From Phyllobates terribilis (Eukaryota), in NCBI RefSeq assembly GCF_046119375.1, contig NW_027362770.1:79298001-79362000 (forward strand): 64,000 bases of DNA, in the 5' to 3' direction. Made by a program: the position numbers and the translations under genes. Every line of letters begins with the position of its first letter. The first letter of the stretch is position 1. Under the pieces are notes generated by a model, which was not told where the DNA came from, did no database searches, and saw only the letters and a program-made list of their open reading frames with translations. Below, piece by piece: positions 24,601-36,140 of the stretch.

Positions 24601-25328
24601 GGATCTCCAACCTCATCATCATCACCCTGTGCGTTATCACACCCGTCGTCCTCAGAGCCAACCTGTTCCTGCCCTGACAAAAAACTAAAGTTGTCGCTCC
24701 AATCAGGTATTTGAGTCTCATCATCGTCTTCCTCATTGTCTCCACCAACAGGAGTTACAGTTTGGGAATGAGGGTCTACATTATGGTCAGAACCTTCTGC
24801 GTCTGGTCCTGGATCCGACTCATAAAGATTCTGGGCATCAGTGCAGATCATTTCCTCGTCTGGATTCACAGAAGCGCTGGAGTCGACCTCTGATTCCCAG
24901 GCTATAGTATGAGTAAACAGCTCTGCAGACTCAACCATCTGTTCTACCTCATACTCAGACGGGCAGCTGGAGATTTGGGAGCTGTGAGGAAGCAAGTGCG
25001 ATTGGGGTGACACCTTTGAGGACTGGAGTATTTGTGATGTTGAAGTTGATGTGGAGGAGAGCCCACTTAAAGGAGCACTTGATATCCGTTGAAGCACCTG
25101 CTGTTTTTGTGCCTCATCTGGAATTTGTAGCGAATGGCGTGGCCGTAAGAAAGGGATCTTATCACATTGTCCGCTAAAAGAAGTAGACATTTTAGTTTGG
25201 CTGGAAGATGGTCTTTCTTCTGCAGATGTTACTGTTGCTTTAACACCTACCCCACGGACACAACCTTTTTTCCCCTTCCCAACACGCCTATTCCCCTTTC
25301 CACCAGCAGCAGGCCTTTTTCCACTCAT
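21630..25328 (-). CDS. Intact hAT transposase, 1232 aa (BED finger, DDE core, hATC dimerisation domain)
   Basis: Uninterrupted ORF: basic N-terminus, BED finger (WAFF...CNIC...MNRHMDMKH), HFTTDTWTS, VCDNAANL, CMAHVLNL, CDVPTRWNST, ATLLDPRYK, CPAASVLSERVFSAAG. Confidence 0.95.
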   Translation of the reverse strand: MSGKRPAAGGKGNRRVGKGKKGCVRGVGVKATVTSAEERPSSSQTKMSTSFSGQCDKIPFLRPRHSLQIPDEAQKQQVLQRISSAPLSGLSSTSTSTSQILQSSKVSPQSHLLPHSSQISSCPSEYEVEQMVESAELFTHTIAWESEVDSSASVNPDEEMICTDAQNLYESDPGPDAEGSDHNVDPHSQTVTPVGGDNEEDDDETQIPDWSDNFSFLSGQEQVGSEDDGCDNAQGDDDEVGDPTYCQPTVSQEMRSAEEVEEDASDDEVRLRLPGQRRSTGSTSTTASSNTTLPLTTSRGGSSGRMGAKPCIAWAFFQIDKDDPTRVICNICQQKLSRGQKIHSLSTSCMNRHMDMKHKLQWEAQCATMRPSRPGQPPSAISCASAASSSSVTGGTAVTPVLRRRPATSLPATASVIGRSSFSLEVVTPAGVERCPTSIAPPLDQGNLTCPPASSSQTGSLPGTPLSTPSKHNSQPSVPQMWTSKRPFPPSHEKAKRLNFTICKLLATEMLPFRLVDTEDFRDLMSVAVPQYQMPSRHYFSKKGVPALHQHVAHNITASLRNSVCDRVHFTTDTWTSRHGQGRYMSLTGHWVTMATAGQGAAVQVLPSPRVVRQSSLCQSSSTASASSTSSQSSTCTQSLSGHATSFLTVQKGSCTPPYYAGSRAQRHQAVFTLKCLGNVSHTAEELWSALENQFHEWLSPLDLKPGKAVCDNAANLGAALRRGNVTHVPCMAHVLNLVVQQFLAHYPRLDGLLQRARSLCAHFRRSHPAQRLTSLQKSLGLPLHRLKCDVPTRWNSTLHMLQRLWQHRQALVQYVLTYSLGQRDPEVGQITLEEWSQIRDLCTLLHSFEMATKMFSADDAIISMTIPVIYMLEHMLNRIRSQVVAQEEVEEVEEEELYAEGLTSARSRRSAAPRQQACEGGGDGFTRAHGSSQTSEEGAGAQEEVEDELMEDSSDEGDLDHISVVQGWRERTEEGSMIVTSPPTQQGLGAPGCATHMSAFLLHYLQHDPRIMRIRNNPDYWVATLLDPRYKSKFAEIIPAIERDAHMQEYQQRLLQNLTCAFPQNTSGARSESHSSNLPTVGPSSVQHSNRNRTTVSAGNINFAESFHHFFSPSFARPQETRSLTHSQRLETMVQEYLQVNIEAMTVSLDPCSFWASNLDKWPELATYALEILSCPAASVLSERVFSAAGGVLTDKHTRLSTDNVDRLTFIKMNKSWIRNDFSTPVSSWGV

Positions 25329-25434
25329 TTTGGTGGTTAACTAATTCACAACTCTGGAGTTGTTTGCACAAAAAAACAATGGATGGGAACCGAGCAGAGC
25401 TGAGTGGCCAAACTGTGGTATTAGGCCAAAACTA

Positions 25435-28035
25435 TTGGCTGGGTTAGATGCAGAAAAAAATTATATTCAATTTGCAACCTGATGGAGGTCAGTATAGATG
25501 GACTAATAGAGAAAGTCCCACACACTGCTAGAAGGCCAAATATTTTTTCAGAGCTAGATGCAGAAAAAAATTATATTCAGTTTGCAACCTGATGGAGGTC
25601 TGTATAGATGGATTAATAGAACAAGTCCCACACACAGCTAGAAGTCCAATATTTTTTCAGAGCTAGATGCAGAAAAAAATATATTCAGTTTGCAACCTGA
25701 TGGAGGTCAGTATAGATGGACTAATACAACAAGTTCCACACACAGCTAGAAGCCCAATATTTTTTCAGAGCTAGATGCAGAAAAAAATTATATTCAATTT
25801 GCAACCTGATGGAGGTCAGTATAGATGGAGTAATAGAACAAGTCCCACACACTGCTAGAAGCCCAAATATTTTTTCAGAGCTAGATGCAGATAAAAATTA
25901 TTTTTAATTTGCAACCTGATGGAGGTCAGTATAGATGGACTAATAGAGAAAGTCCCACACACTGCTAGAAGGCCAAATATTTTTTCAGAGCTAGATGCAG
26001 AAAAAAATTATATTCAGTTTGCAACCTGATGGAGGTCTGTATAGATGGATTAATAGAACAAGTCCCACACACAGCTAGAAGCCCAATATTTTTTCAGAGG
26101 TAGATGCAGAAAAAAAATATATTCAGTTTGCAACCTGATGGAGGTCAGTATAGATGGACTAATAGAGAAAGTCCCACACACTGCTAGAAGGCCAAATATT
26201 TTTTCAGAGCTAGATGCAGACAAAAAATTATTTTTAATTTGCAACCTGATGGAGGTCAGTATAGATGGACTAATATAGAAAGTCCCACACACATCTAGAA
26301 GCCCAAATATTTTTTCAGAGCTAGATGCAGAAAAAAATTATATTCAGTTTGCAACCTGATGGAGGTCAGTATAGATGGACTAATAGAACAAGTCCCACAC
26401 ACAGCTAGAAGCCCAAATATTTTTTCAGAGGTAGATGCAGAAAAAAATTATATTCAGTTTGCAACCTGATGGAGGTCTGTATAGATGGATTAATAGAACA
26501 AGTCCCACACACAGCTAGAACCCCAATATTTTTTCAGAGGTAGATGCAGAAAAAAAATATATTCAGTTTGCAACCTGATGGAGGTCAGTATAGATGGACT
26601 AATAGAGCAAGTTCCACACACTGCTAGAAGGCCAAATATCATTTCAGAGCTAGATGCAGACAAAAAATTATTTTTAATTTGCAACCTGATTGAGGTCAGT
26701 ATAGATGGACTAATAGAGAAAGTCCCACACACTGCTAGAAGGCCAAATATTTTTTCAGAGCTGGATGCAGATAAAAATTATTTTTAATTTGCAACCTGAT
26801 GGAGGTCAGTATAGATGGACTAATAGAGAAAGTCCCACACACAGCTAGAAGCCCAAATATTTTTTCAGAGCTAGATGCAGAAAAAAATTATATTCAGTTT
26901 GCAAGCTGATGGAGGTCAGTATAGATGGACTAATAGAACAAGTCCCACACACAGCTAGAAGCCCAAATATTTTTTCAGAGGTAGATGAGGAAAAAAATTA
27001 TATTCAGTTTGCAACCTGATGGAGGTCTGTATAGATGGATTAATAGAACAAGTCCCACACACAGCTAGAACCCCAATATTTTTTCAGAGGTAGATGCAGA
27101 AAAAAAATATATTCAGTTTGCAACCTGATGGAGGTCAGTATAGATGGACTAATAGAGCAAGTCCCACACACTGCTAGAAGGCCAAATATTATTTCAGAGC
27201 TAGATGCAGACAAAAAATTATTTTTAATTTGCAACCTGATTGAGGTCAGTATAGATGGACTAATAGAGAAAGTCCCACACACTGCTAGAAGGCCAAATAT
27301 TTTTTCAGAGCTGGATGCAGATAAATATTATTTTTAATTTGCAACCTGATGGAGGTCAGTATAGATGGACTAATAGAGAAGGTCCCACACACTGCTAGAA
27401 GGCCAAATATTTTTTCAGAGCTAGATGCAGAAAAAAATTATATTCAGTTTGCAACCTGATGGAGGTCAGTATAGATGGACTAATAGAACAAATCCCATAC
27501 ACAGCTAGAAGCCCAAATATTTTTTCAGAGGTAGATGCAGATAAAAATTATTTTTAATTTGCAACCTGATGGAGGTCAGTATAGATGGACTAATAGAACA
27601 AGTCCCACACACAGCTAGAAGCCCAAATATTTTTTCAGAGGTAGATGCAGAAAAAAATTATATTCAGTTTGCAACCTGATGGAGGTCTGTATAGATGGAT
27701 TAATAGAACAAGTCCCACACACAGCTAGAAGCCCAATATTTTTTCAGAGGTAGATGCAGAAAAAAAATATATTCAGTTTGCAACCTGATGGAGGTCAGTA
27801 TAGATGGACTAATAGAGAAAGTCCCACATACTGCTAGAAGGCCAAATATTTTTTCAGAGCTAGATGCAAAAAAAAATTATATTCAGTTTGCAACCTGATG
27901 GAGGTCAGTATAGATGGACTAATAGAACAAGTCCCACACACTGCTAGAAGCCCAAATATTTTTTCAGAGCTAGATGCAGAAAAAAATTATATTCAATTTG
28001 CAACCTGATGGAGGTCAGTATAGATGGACTAATAG
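25435..28035. repeat. Tandem array, 24 x ~110-bp units, with higher-order duplication
   Basis: GATGGAGGTCAGTATAGATGG anchor found 24 times from 25481 to 28007 at 108-111 bp spacing; rare variants repeat at a 550-bp offset. Confidence 0.95.
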
Positions 28036-29609
28036 AATGATGCTATGCCCAAAAGATTTTACTTCACTAGGTGCAGTAAAAAAATTGGTATTCTATACAC
28101 AGGTGGTAAATCTTGCAACAGAGATAGGCTACTCCACTAACTAACACACTCTGCAATAGATCAAAAAGGATTAGCTTTGCTAGATTCAGCCAAATGCTGT
28201 GAAAAAAACTTGCACAGCACTGGCACAGACCTGCCTGGCAAAAACTGATAGGAACTGATGTAACCTAGTCCTGAAAAGGACTGCAATTACAATTAGTCTT
28301 TACTCCCACAATCTATCTATTTAAGAGCACAGACCTGCCTGATAAAAGTCGTAGGAAATGCTGTAACCTAGTCCTTAAAAGGACTGCAATCACAACTATT
28401 CCCTACTCCCAAGCTATCTGTAGATTTGTGCGAAAATTGGCTTGAAATTAACAAGGTATAGCGCACACAGCAACAGCGGTGCCGTCTAACACGCAGCTGC
28501 AGCAGTGAGAAAATGGTGGCGACGGGGAAAATGGCTTGGTCTTATAGGGCAAGGACATGCGACATACACTGCCAATGACACATGCCCTTGCTTGTGTGAA
28601 AAAAGCACTTCACTCCGTGTGTGCGCTGCTGATATGCTGACAGATTGCACCTCCCCACTGTAAATGCGGGAAAGAGAAAAAAAATGGAGATCTTCATTAT
28701 TCCTGCAGAGATCCATCCCATGCCCCTCCCCCCACCCCGCTGTACACTCAAACTGCGTATTAACATTAATTTTCATCATTACTGAGAAAAAATCCAGTTA
28801 TGATTTTGGTGCACGAACAGTTATCGAACATAACCTCGAACAGCCGAATTTTTCTCAAATCGTTCGTGTTCGCCGAACGGCTCGAACACCGCCCAAAACA
28901 GCTCGAATTTGAGATTGGCGAACAGTTCGAGTAGAACAACGCTCATCTCTAGTCAAAAGGAATGTTGAAGATAAAGGATAAGCAGGTAAAGAGGAAGGAA
29001 TTGAAACTGTGTGTGGACAATGCTCCATATTGTGAAGGAAACCTTCATCAAGTTGTGTTGATGACAGAGAAAGTACTGCAGTGCAGAGGCATCAGGAGAG
29101 GTCAGAGAGCCCCGGAGCATGCGCACTACAGTACTTTACTCTGCCCTAGTCAGGGAAGAGAAGTATGCCTGTGCAGGAGTGCACTGCCGGGGAGACTGTG
29201 TGGATGACATAGTGACGGGTCATCCAAATGAATCAAGAAGGAGGACATCGAAAGAAAAAGGGAGGCGTCGGACCAGGACAAGCAACACCCATCGGACCGG
29301 ACCACACCCCAGGTGAGTATAATAAAAGGTATTTTTCTTCTCTTTCAGGTCAGATTGGGGAGAGATATACAGCATTATAGAATGCTGTATATGAGGGCTA
29401 AAAGGTGCTGGCTGTATCTCATATCGGCCAAACATGGTGGCAGGTTCGCTTTAAGTAATGTTTTACCTCACAGGAATAATCAGCTGCAATCCCCTTACTG
29501 TAATGTCTGTATACTCTTTTGCTTCCTCCCCTGACCAGGAGATGTGGTATGATCAGACCAGACCATGTTCCAGTTCGGTCAGACACAGCCACTACATAGT
29601 ACACAGCAG

Positions 29610-32600
29610 TGGTATATTTATAAGATTAACGCCAAAACATAAAATAATTATATTAACGTGGTATCGCTTTAATCATACTGACCCAAAGAATAAAGCTGCC
29701 TTATCAATTTTACCACACGCAAAATGACATTAAAAAACAAAACAAAGAAACAATTCCTGAACTGCTGGTTTTTGTTTATTCTGCCTATCAAAAATCGGAA
29801 TGGAAAGTGATCAAAATATGTCATGTGCCCGAAAATGAGTACCATTAAAAAAGTCAACTCGTCCCGCAAAAAAAAAGCTCTGACATGACTCTGTTGGCCA
29901 AAATATGGAAAGTTATAGCTCTCAAAATATAGCAATGCAAAAACTAGTTTTGCAAAAAAAAAGTATCTTTTAGTGTGTGACAGCAGCAGGTCTGGACTCC
30001 AGCTAGCCTCTGTTCAGCGGTGTCCTTCTTTTCAGAAGTGCACAAAACGGTGGCGGACGGTGCTTTTATGCATGCCTAAAAAGACAGACACCACCGAATC
30101 AGAGGTCAGACAGTGTCCACAGCGTCTCCATCTGACTTATTATAGGGAATCTTCCACCGGGGGTTCTGTCTGAATCACGTATTTCAGAGGTTTACACGGA
30201 AACCCCGGTGTAAGCGCTCAGCGCAGAGCACAGGATAAATGTGAGCCGAGCCTTACTGCGATCTTTGGGAGGCACAATGAACAAATCAACAGCAGGTGAA
30301 GAATTGGTTTTATTTATTCTTTACACCGTTCCTTGTGCGGTAAAAGTGATTAGACGACTTTATTATTCGGGTCGGTACGATTACAGCAATACCACATTTA
30401 CATTGTTTTTTCTGCCCAATGGTATAAAATTCTGTGACCAACCTGTGCTGTCTATATGATCACTGCACCCCTAGATTAATTAATTGAGAGGTGTAGTTTG
30501 TAAAATGGGGTCTCTTTTGAGGGGTTCTGCTGTTCTGGCATGTCAGGGGCTCTGCCAGTGCGACATGGCACCCTCAAACCAGTCCAGCAAAATCTGAACT
30601 TCAGTATGGTACTTCTTCCCTTCTGAGCTTTGACCTGTGCCTCAAAAGTAGTTTTCAACCACATATGGGGTATCAGCGTACTGAGGAGAAATTGGATAAC
30701 AAATTTTGGGGTCTATTATCTCCTGCTATTCTTGTAAAAATGAAAAAATTTGGGGCTAAAACAACATTTTTGTGGGAAAAATGCGATTTTTTTATTTTCA
30801 CGGCTCAACATTTTAAACTTCTGTGAAGCAACTGGGGGTTCAAGGTGCTCACCACACATCTAGATAAGTTTCTTGAGGGGTCTAGTTTCCAAAATGGGGT
30901 CACTTGTTGGGGAATTCCACTGTTTAGGCACATCAGGGGTTCTCCAAACACGACATGGCATCCGCTAATGATTCCAGTAAATTTTGTATTCAAAAAGTCA
31001 AATGGCACTCCTTCCCTTTCAAGCCCTGCCGTTCGCCCAATCAGTAGTTTTTCTCCACATAATAAATATTGGCATACTAAGGAGAAACTGCACAACAAAT
31101 TTTGGGGTCAATTTTCTCCTGTTACTCTTGTGAAAGTAAATACATTTGTGTCTAAATTAAAATTTTTGTGAAAAAAAGTCAAATGTTCATTTTTCCTTCC
31201 ACATTCCATTAATTCCTGTGAAGCACCTGAAGGGTTAATAAACTTCTTGAATGTGGTTTTGAAGTTTTTAGAATGGTGTCACTTTTGGTATTTTCTGTCT
31301 TATAGACCCCTCAAAGTCACTTCAAATGTGATGTGGTCCTTAAAAAATATGGTTTTGTAAATTCTAATGGAAAAATTAGAAATCGTGGGTCAACTTTTAA
31401 CCCTTGTAACCTCCTAACAAAAAAATTATGTTTCAAAAATTGTGCTGATGTAAAGTAGACATGTGGGAAATGTTATTAACTATTTTGTGTGGCATAACTC
31501 TCTGGTTCAAGGGCATGTGACAAAGTCACTATTATGCTTATCCAGCCTGCAGTGCGGACTGTCGACCCGGCAAAGGGCCGCAGGCATGTGCCGTATCCAT
31601 TAATGGAGCAAAGGTGCTTGGACTGTTGGACTCTGGGAGTCTGGTGACCTTAATCAGAGCTACCCTTCCCCACCAGTTGATCCTTTCCAAAACTGTTGAC
31701 GTTTGGTGCATCCATGGTGATGCCAAGGACTATCCCGTGGCCACAGTGACAGTGGGAACAGACTGTGGTGCCCAGTCGCACGAGGTTGGGGTGGTTAAGG
31801 ACCTGATACATCCCATCATACTGGGCCGTGATTTTTCTTTATTTTGGGACTTGTGGGGGAAGGTGGCCGGACTAAGTAGCATGGGGAAAAGCCAGGTCCC
31901 TGGAGAAGAACCCCCAATGAAGTCTCAAGTGGATGACTTTCCACTGTGCGTCCTTGCCGGTGATGAGGGCGAGACGGTGACCAAGGAGGCCGACCTCCCT
32001 GAGTTATATGTGTCTGGAGAAAACTTTGGGGCTGCTCAAGTTCGGGACCTGTCGTAAAAGGGGGCATTTGACCAGGTTGCTGTATTTATTGGGGTTGCCC
32101 AAGAGCCGGGGGCCGATACCAGGTTCCCCCACTTTGCAGTTCAGGGGGAGTTGCTATATTGGGTGGCTAAATTAAGGGGCGGTGAGACAGTGGAACAGCT
32201 GTTAGTGTCGGGACCATACCGACGGAGGGTACTTGATATGGCAAACTCACATATTCTGGGGGGACACCTAGGGGTGGAAAAAACTCAGGAGAGAATAGTG
32301 AGGAGATTTTATTGGCCAGGATGGAATTGGGAGATCTTAAACTATTGTAGGTCCTGCCCCACCTGCCAGATAACCGCGCCCACCTCCCACTTCCGTTGTC
32401 CCTTAGTTCCCCTACCTGTGATAGAAGTTCTCTTTGAGAGAATTGCCATGGACCTCGTGGGCCCCTTAGTTAAATCATCCCAGAGCCACCAATATATGTT
32501 GGTCATCATGGACTATGCAACCCGGTACCCCAAAGCGGTACCCTTAAGGAACTCGTCCAGTAGGAGCATAGCTCAGAAATTGTCCACATCTTTGCCAGGA

Positions 32601-34795
32601 CCAGTCTGCCAAAGAAAATCCTGATGGTCCAAGGAACCCTATTCATGAGCAAGGTGATGAAGGGGCTGTGTAAAGTGCTTTGAATTACCCACGTGCGAAC
32701 CTCCGTTTACCATCCACAGACCGATGGCCTGGTGGAGCGCTTTAATAAGACTCTGAAAGCAATGCTCAAAAAGGTCGTCGAGAAAGATGGTCGAGACTGG
32801 GACTACCTGCTTTTGTTTCTACTGTTTTCCGTCAGGTAAGTTCCCCAAGCCTCCACTGGCTTCTCTCCAGTTGAGCTTCTGCATGGCCGGCATTCAAGGG
32901 GTCTCCTAGATATCGCCAAGGAAACCTGGGAGGCCGAGGTCACCCCCCACCGGAGCATCATCGAACATGTCGCCCAGTTACAGGAGAGAATGGCGAAAGT
33001 GATGCCCATCGTGAAGGAACATCTCCTCCGGGTGCAGGAAGCCCAGAAGAGGGTGTATAACCAGTCGGCAAGGCTGAAACAGTTCCAGCCTGGAGATCGC
33101 ATCCTGGTTCTCATTCCCACTCTCGAAAGTAAATTCCTGGCCAAGTGGCAAGGCCCGTATGAAGTGATGGAGAAACTCAGTGAAGTGAACTACCGAGTCC
33201 ACCAGTCTGACCAAAGAAAGCCGCACCAAGTATACCATGTGATCTTGCTCAAGCCGTGACGGGACCGGGAACTGGTGGAAACTCCTTGCCTAGAAGCCGC
33301 TCCTGAAGGCAAAGTGGAGAGGTCACTACAGCAGAGACTCTATCACCGGCCCAGAACTAGTACAGCGAAATCGGAAGTTGTTCTCAGAGTTGCCGGGGCG
33401 TACTCAGGTGGTAGAGCATGACGTACTTACAGAGCCACATGTAAGAGTGAATCTGAAGCCGTACCGGATTCCGGAAGCACGCCGGAAGGTGATCTCCAGT
33501 GAGGTAAAGAGGATGCTAGACCTCGGGGTAATAGAGGAGTCAAAGTGTGGGTGGTCGAGCCGAATCGTCCTCGTGCCAAAACCCAACGGAGAGTGGAGGT
33601 TTTGTAATGACTACCGCCAGCTGAATGAGGTATCCAAGTGTGACGCTTACCCGATGCCCCGCGTCTAGGAGCCGTACTCTCTCACGAGATAAATGGGGAG
33701 GAACATCACATTCTCTATCTGAGCCGGAAGCTTTCGTCCTGTGAGAAAAACTATGCAATAGTATAAAAAAAGTGTTTAGCCATAAAGTGGGCCGTAGATA
33801 CACTAAGATACTACCTGCTAGGCCGGAAGTTTAAGTTGGTGTCAGACCATGCCCCATTGAGATGGTTGAGGGAAAAGAGGGGTAAAAACGCCAGGGTAAC
33901 TAGATGGTTCCTAACTCTTCAGGACTACAACTTTCAAGTAGAGCATAGGCCCAGGAAGTTACACAGGAACGCTGATGCCCTTTCTAGAATTCCCTGTCTG
34001 GTATCAGGAAGGTGCCCAAACCTCCAGCTTTACACAGAGGGGGGGGGATATGTGACAGAGTCACTGGTATGATCTATGAGGGGAGGTATGTGTCGCAGAG
34101 GTTGCTAGCCTGTGTGAACTGAAACCAATGGACTTTTTTGCCAGCATGTTATATGTTGGTGGGTTAACTCACTAAGAGGGCGTTGTTTTAGGGGAATGAC
34201 ATTGAGATGGGAGGGACGTCATTCCCCATACCTCCACCTCCGGGTGTGGCTGAGCAACGTTTAATTGTTCAGTACTGTTTTTTTGTCTCTGAGTTGTGTT
34301 TGGAGAGGCAAGGTCTCCAGACTGGACAGCCATAGCTCAGGAGGGAGCGGAAGGCTGGACATAACTTGTATGAGCGACCAGCACACACATATATGGACTG
34401 TGCTACAGTTTAGCTTTTGTTTTGTTGTTTAGCCAAGTAAGGCTGTATTTATTTTGCTGGAGTGCAGAGCTTTATGCTGTTAATAAAGCCTGCAAAGAAA
34501 ACCCGGGTTCCTGAGTCTACTTCCGGAAGTGGCCAAGTGAGCCATCCTACCACAGGCATAAAAATTAAAAGTTTGAAGTTTTCGCCAAATTTCCATTTTT
34601 TTCAGAAATAAATGCAAGTTAAATCGAATAAATATTACCACTATCATGAAGTAAAATATGTCACGAAAAAACAATCTCTGAATCAGAGGGATCTGTTGAA
34701 GCGCTCCAGAGTTATTACCTCATAAATTGACATTTGTCAGAATTGTAAAATTTGACCTGCTCATGAAGGTGAAAACAGGCTTGGGGGTAAAGGGG
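29610..34795. mobile_element. Long piggyBac-type non-autonomous element hosting the Gmr1 insertion (left boundary uncertain)
   Basis: Right end AAGGGG + TTAA at 34791-34799; sequence either side of the LTR insertion joins to match 9640-9900; segments shared with 62469-63305. Confidence 0.55.
31516..34554 (+). mobile_element. Gmr1-type Ty3/Gypsy LTR retrotransposon remnant (PR-IN-RT-RH order)
   Basis: TSD GGCA at 31512-31515 and 34555-34558. 15-nt 5' LTR stub TGTGACAAAGTCACT; protease LLDSGS (31614), integrase 32151-33259, RT start 33378-33668, RNase H end NADALSR; PPT GAGGGGGGGGATA; 3' LTR 34051-34554 (TGTGAC...TACCACA). Confidence 0.92.
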
Positions 34796-35660
34796 TTAAT
34801 AGTCCATAAAGACGACATTTCAGTTCTAAGTGAGAACCTTTCTCAAGTATTACAAAAGTGCAAGTGCATACCATTTAAAGCATATCAATTACCAAAAGTT
34901 TTTAATAATAATTACATAGGAAAGAGCATTTCACTAGTGATGGGCAAGCACTAAAATGCTCGGGTGCTCGATGCTCGGGTCTAGCAAATTGGAATGCTCG
35001 GGTGCTCGACCCGAGCAACGAGCCCAATGTAAGTCTATGGAAAACTCGAGCATTTTTCACGTGGCTCCCCTTGGCGGTCTGTATAGGGCCAAAAAATTGC
35101 CCAAATCGATGGGAACACTGCTCAAATGAGATGGGAACAGCATGGGGAAGACCCCTAGAAGCATTTCTGACTCCCAGGTCACTGCTGTCAACAATGTTGT
35201 CCGAGGTATTACTCCACTTTTACGGACTCAGAATAAAACATACAAAAACTAAACCAAAATGGATTTTCCTGGGAAATATGTTAAGGAACATGACTTGTAT
35301 ATAAGGCAAAAAAAATATACAAAAACAAAAATGCTCCGCCACACCTTGGGTTATGTTCACACGTAGCATTTTTTATGCGTTTTTGCACTTTTGTATTACT
35401 TTAAACCAAGACAAATGCATTCACTGGGAAATGTCATTTTAACATTTTACAACCTTATCTGGCCATGTGGTGTGTGGCATATCATCAGAGACATCCTGTT
35501 TCATTTATGATAGAGGGACTCTGAAAGTCACAAAGCCTATTTTTATAAGGCCATCAGGCGGCCCTTCCTATTCTAAAGGTCCAGCAGTCGGCCCTCACTA
35601 TTGTTAGAGAGCCATCAGCCGACTATGCTTTGTTGTTCCCATTATTAACGAGTGGGTCTC

Positions 35661-36140
35661 CTATACTGTTATTGCATATGCAGTGACTGCAAGGGCTGCC
35701 AAAAAATTTGGAGGCACTCCAATGCCCCTTAGAAGAGACGTAGAGGTCGGAGAGCCTCCTAAAAACAATGTTCCCATTATTAGGAAGTGGGTCTCCCATA
35801 GTGTTTGCCTATGCAGTGAATGCAAAAGCTGCCAAAAATTTGGATGCACTCCAATGCCCCTTGGAAGAGACGTAGAGGTCGGAGAGCCTCCTAAAAACAA
35901 TGTTCCCATTATTAGGAAGTGGGTCTCCCATAGTGTTTGCCTATACAGTGAAAGCAAAGGCTAATAAAAATTTGGAGGCACTCCAATGCCCCTTGGAAGA
36001 GACATAGAGGTCGGAGAGCCTCCTAAAAACAATGTTCCCATTATTAGGAAGTGGGTCTCCCATAGTGTTTGCCTATGCAGTGAATGCAAAAGCTGCCAAA
36101 AATTTGGAGGCACTCCAGTGTCCCTTGCAAGACACGTAGA
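35661..36140. repeat. ~131-bp tandem repeat (about 4 units), 3' subterminal array of hAT-2
   Basis: ATGCAGTGA...GCTGCCAAAAATTTGGA..CACTCCAATGCCCCTT recurs; homologous to the 25-550 array. Confidence 0.85.

Larger units (their letters stand above)
17165..28951 (-). mobile_element. hAT DNA transposon copy 3 (hAT-3), complete ends, intact transposase, composite 3' arm
   Basis: Perfect 8-bp TSD GTCAAAAG at 17157-17164 and 28952-28959. Imperfect TIRs TAGTGTTGAGC / TAGAGATGAGC (reverse complement). Clusters of GTTCG/CGAAC subterminal motifs at both ends. Confidence 0.9.

Noticed and set aside
21630-25328. Domesticated ZBED-type host gene
   Set aside because: The ORF sits between TIRs with a perfect 8-bp TSD and has related transposon copies nearby; no gene symbol can be supported.
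25435-28035. CRISPR-like array
   Set aside because: Whole 110-bp units are repeated with no unique spacers, there are no cas genes, and the context is a eukaryotic TE.
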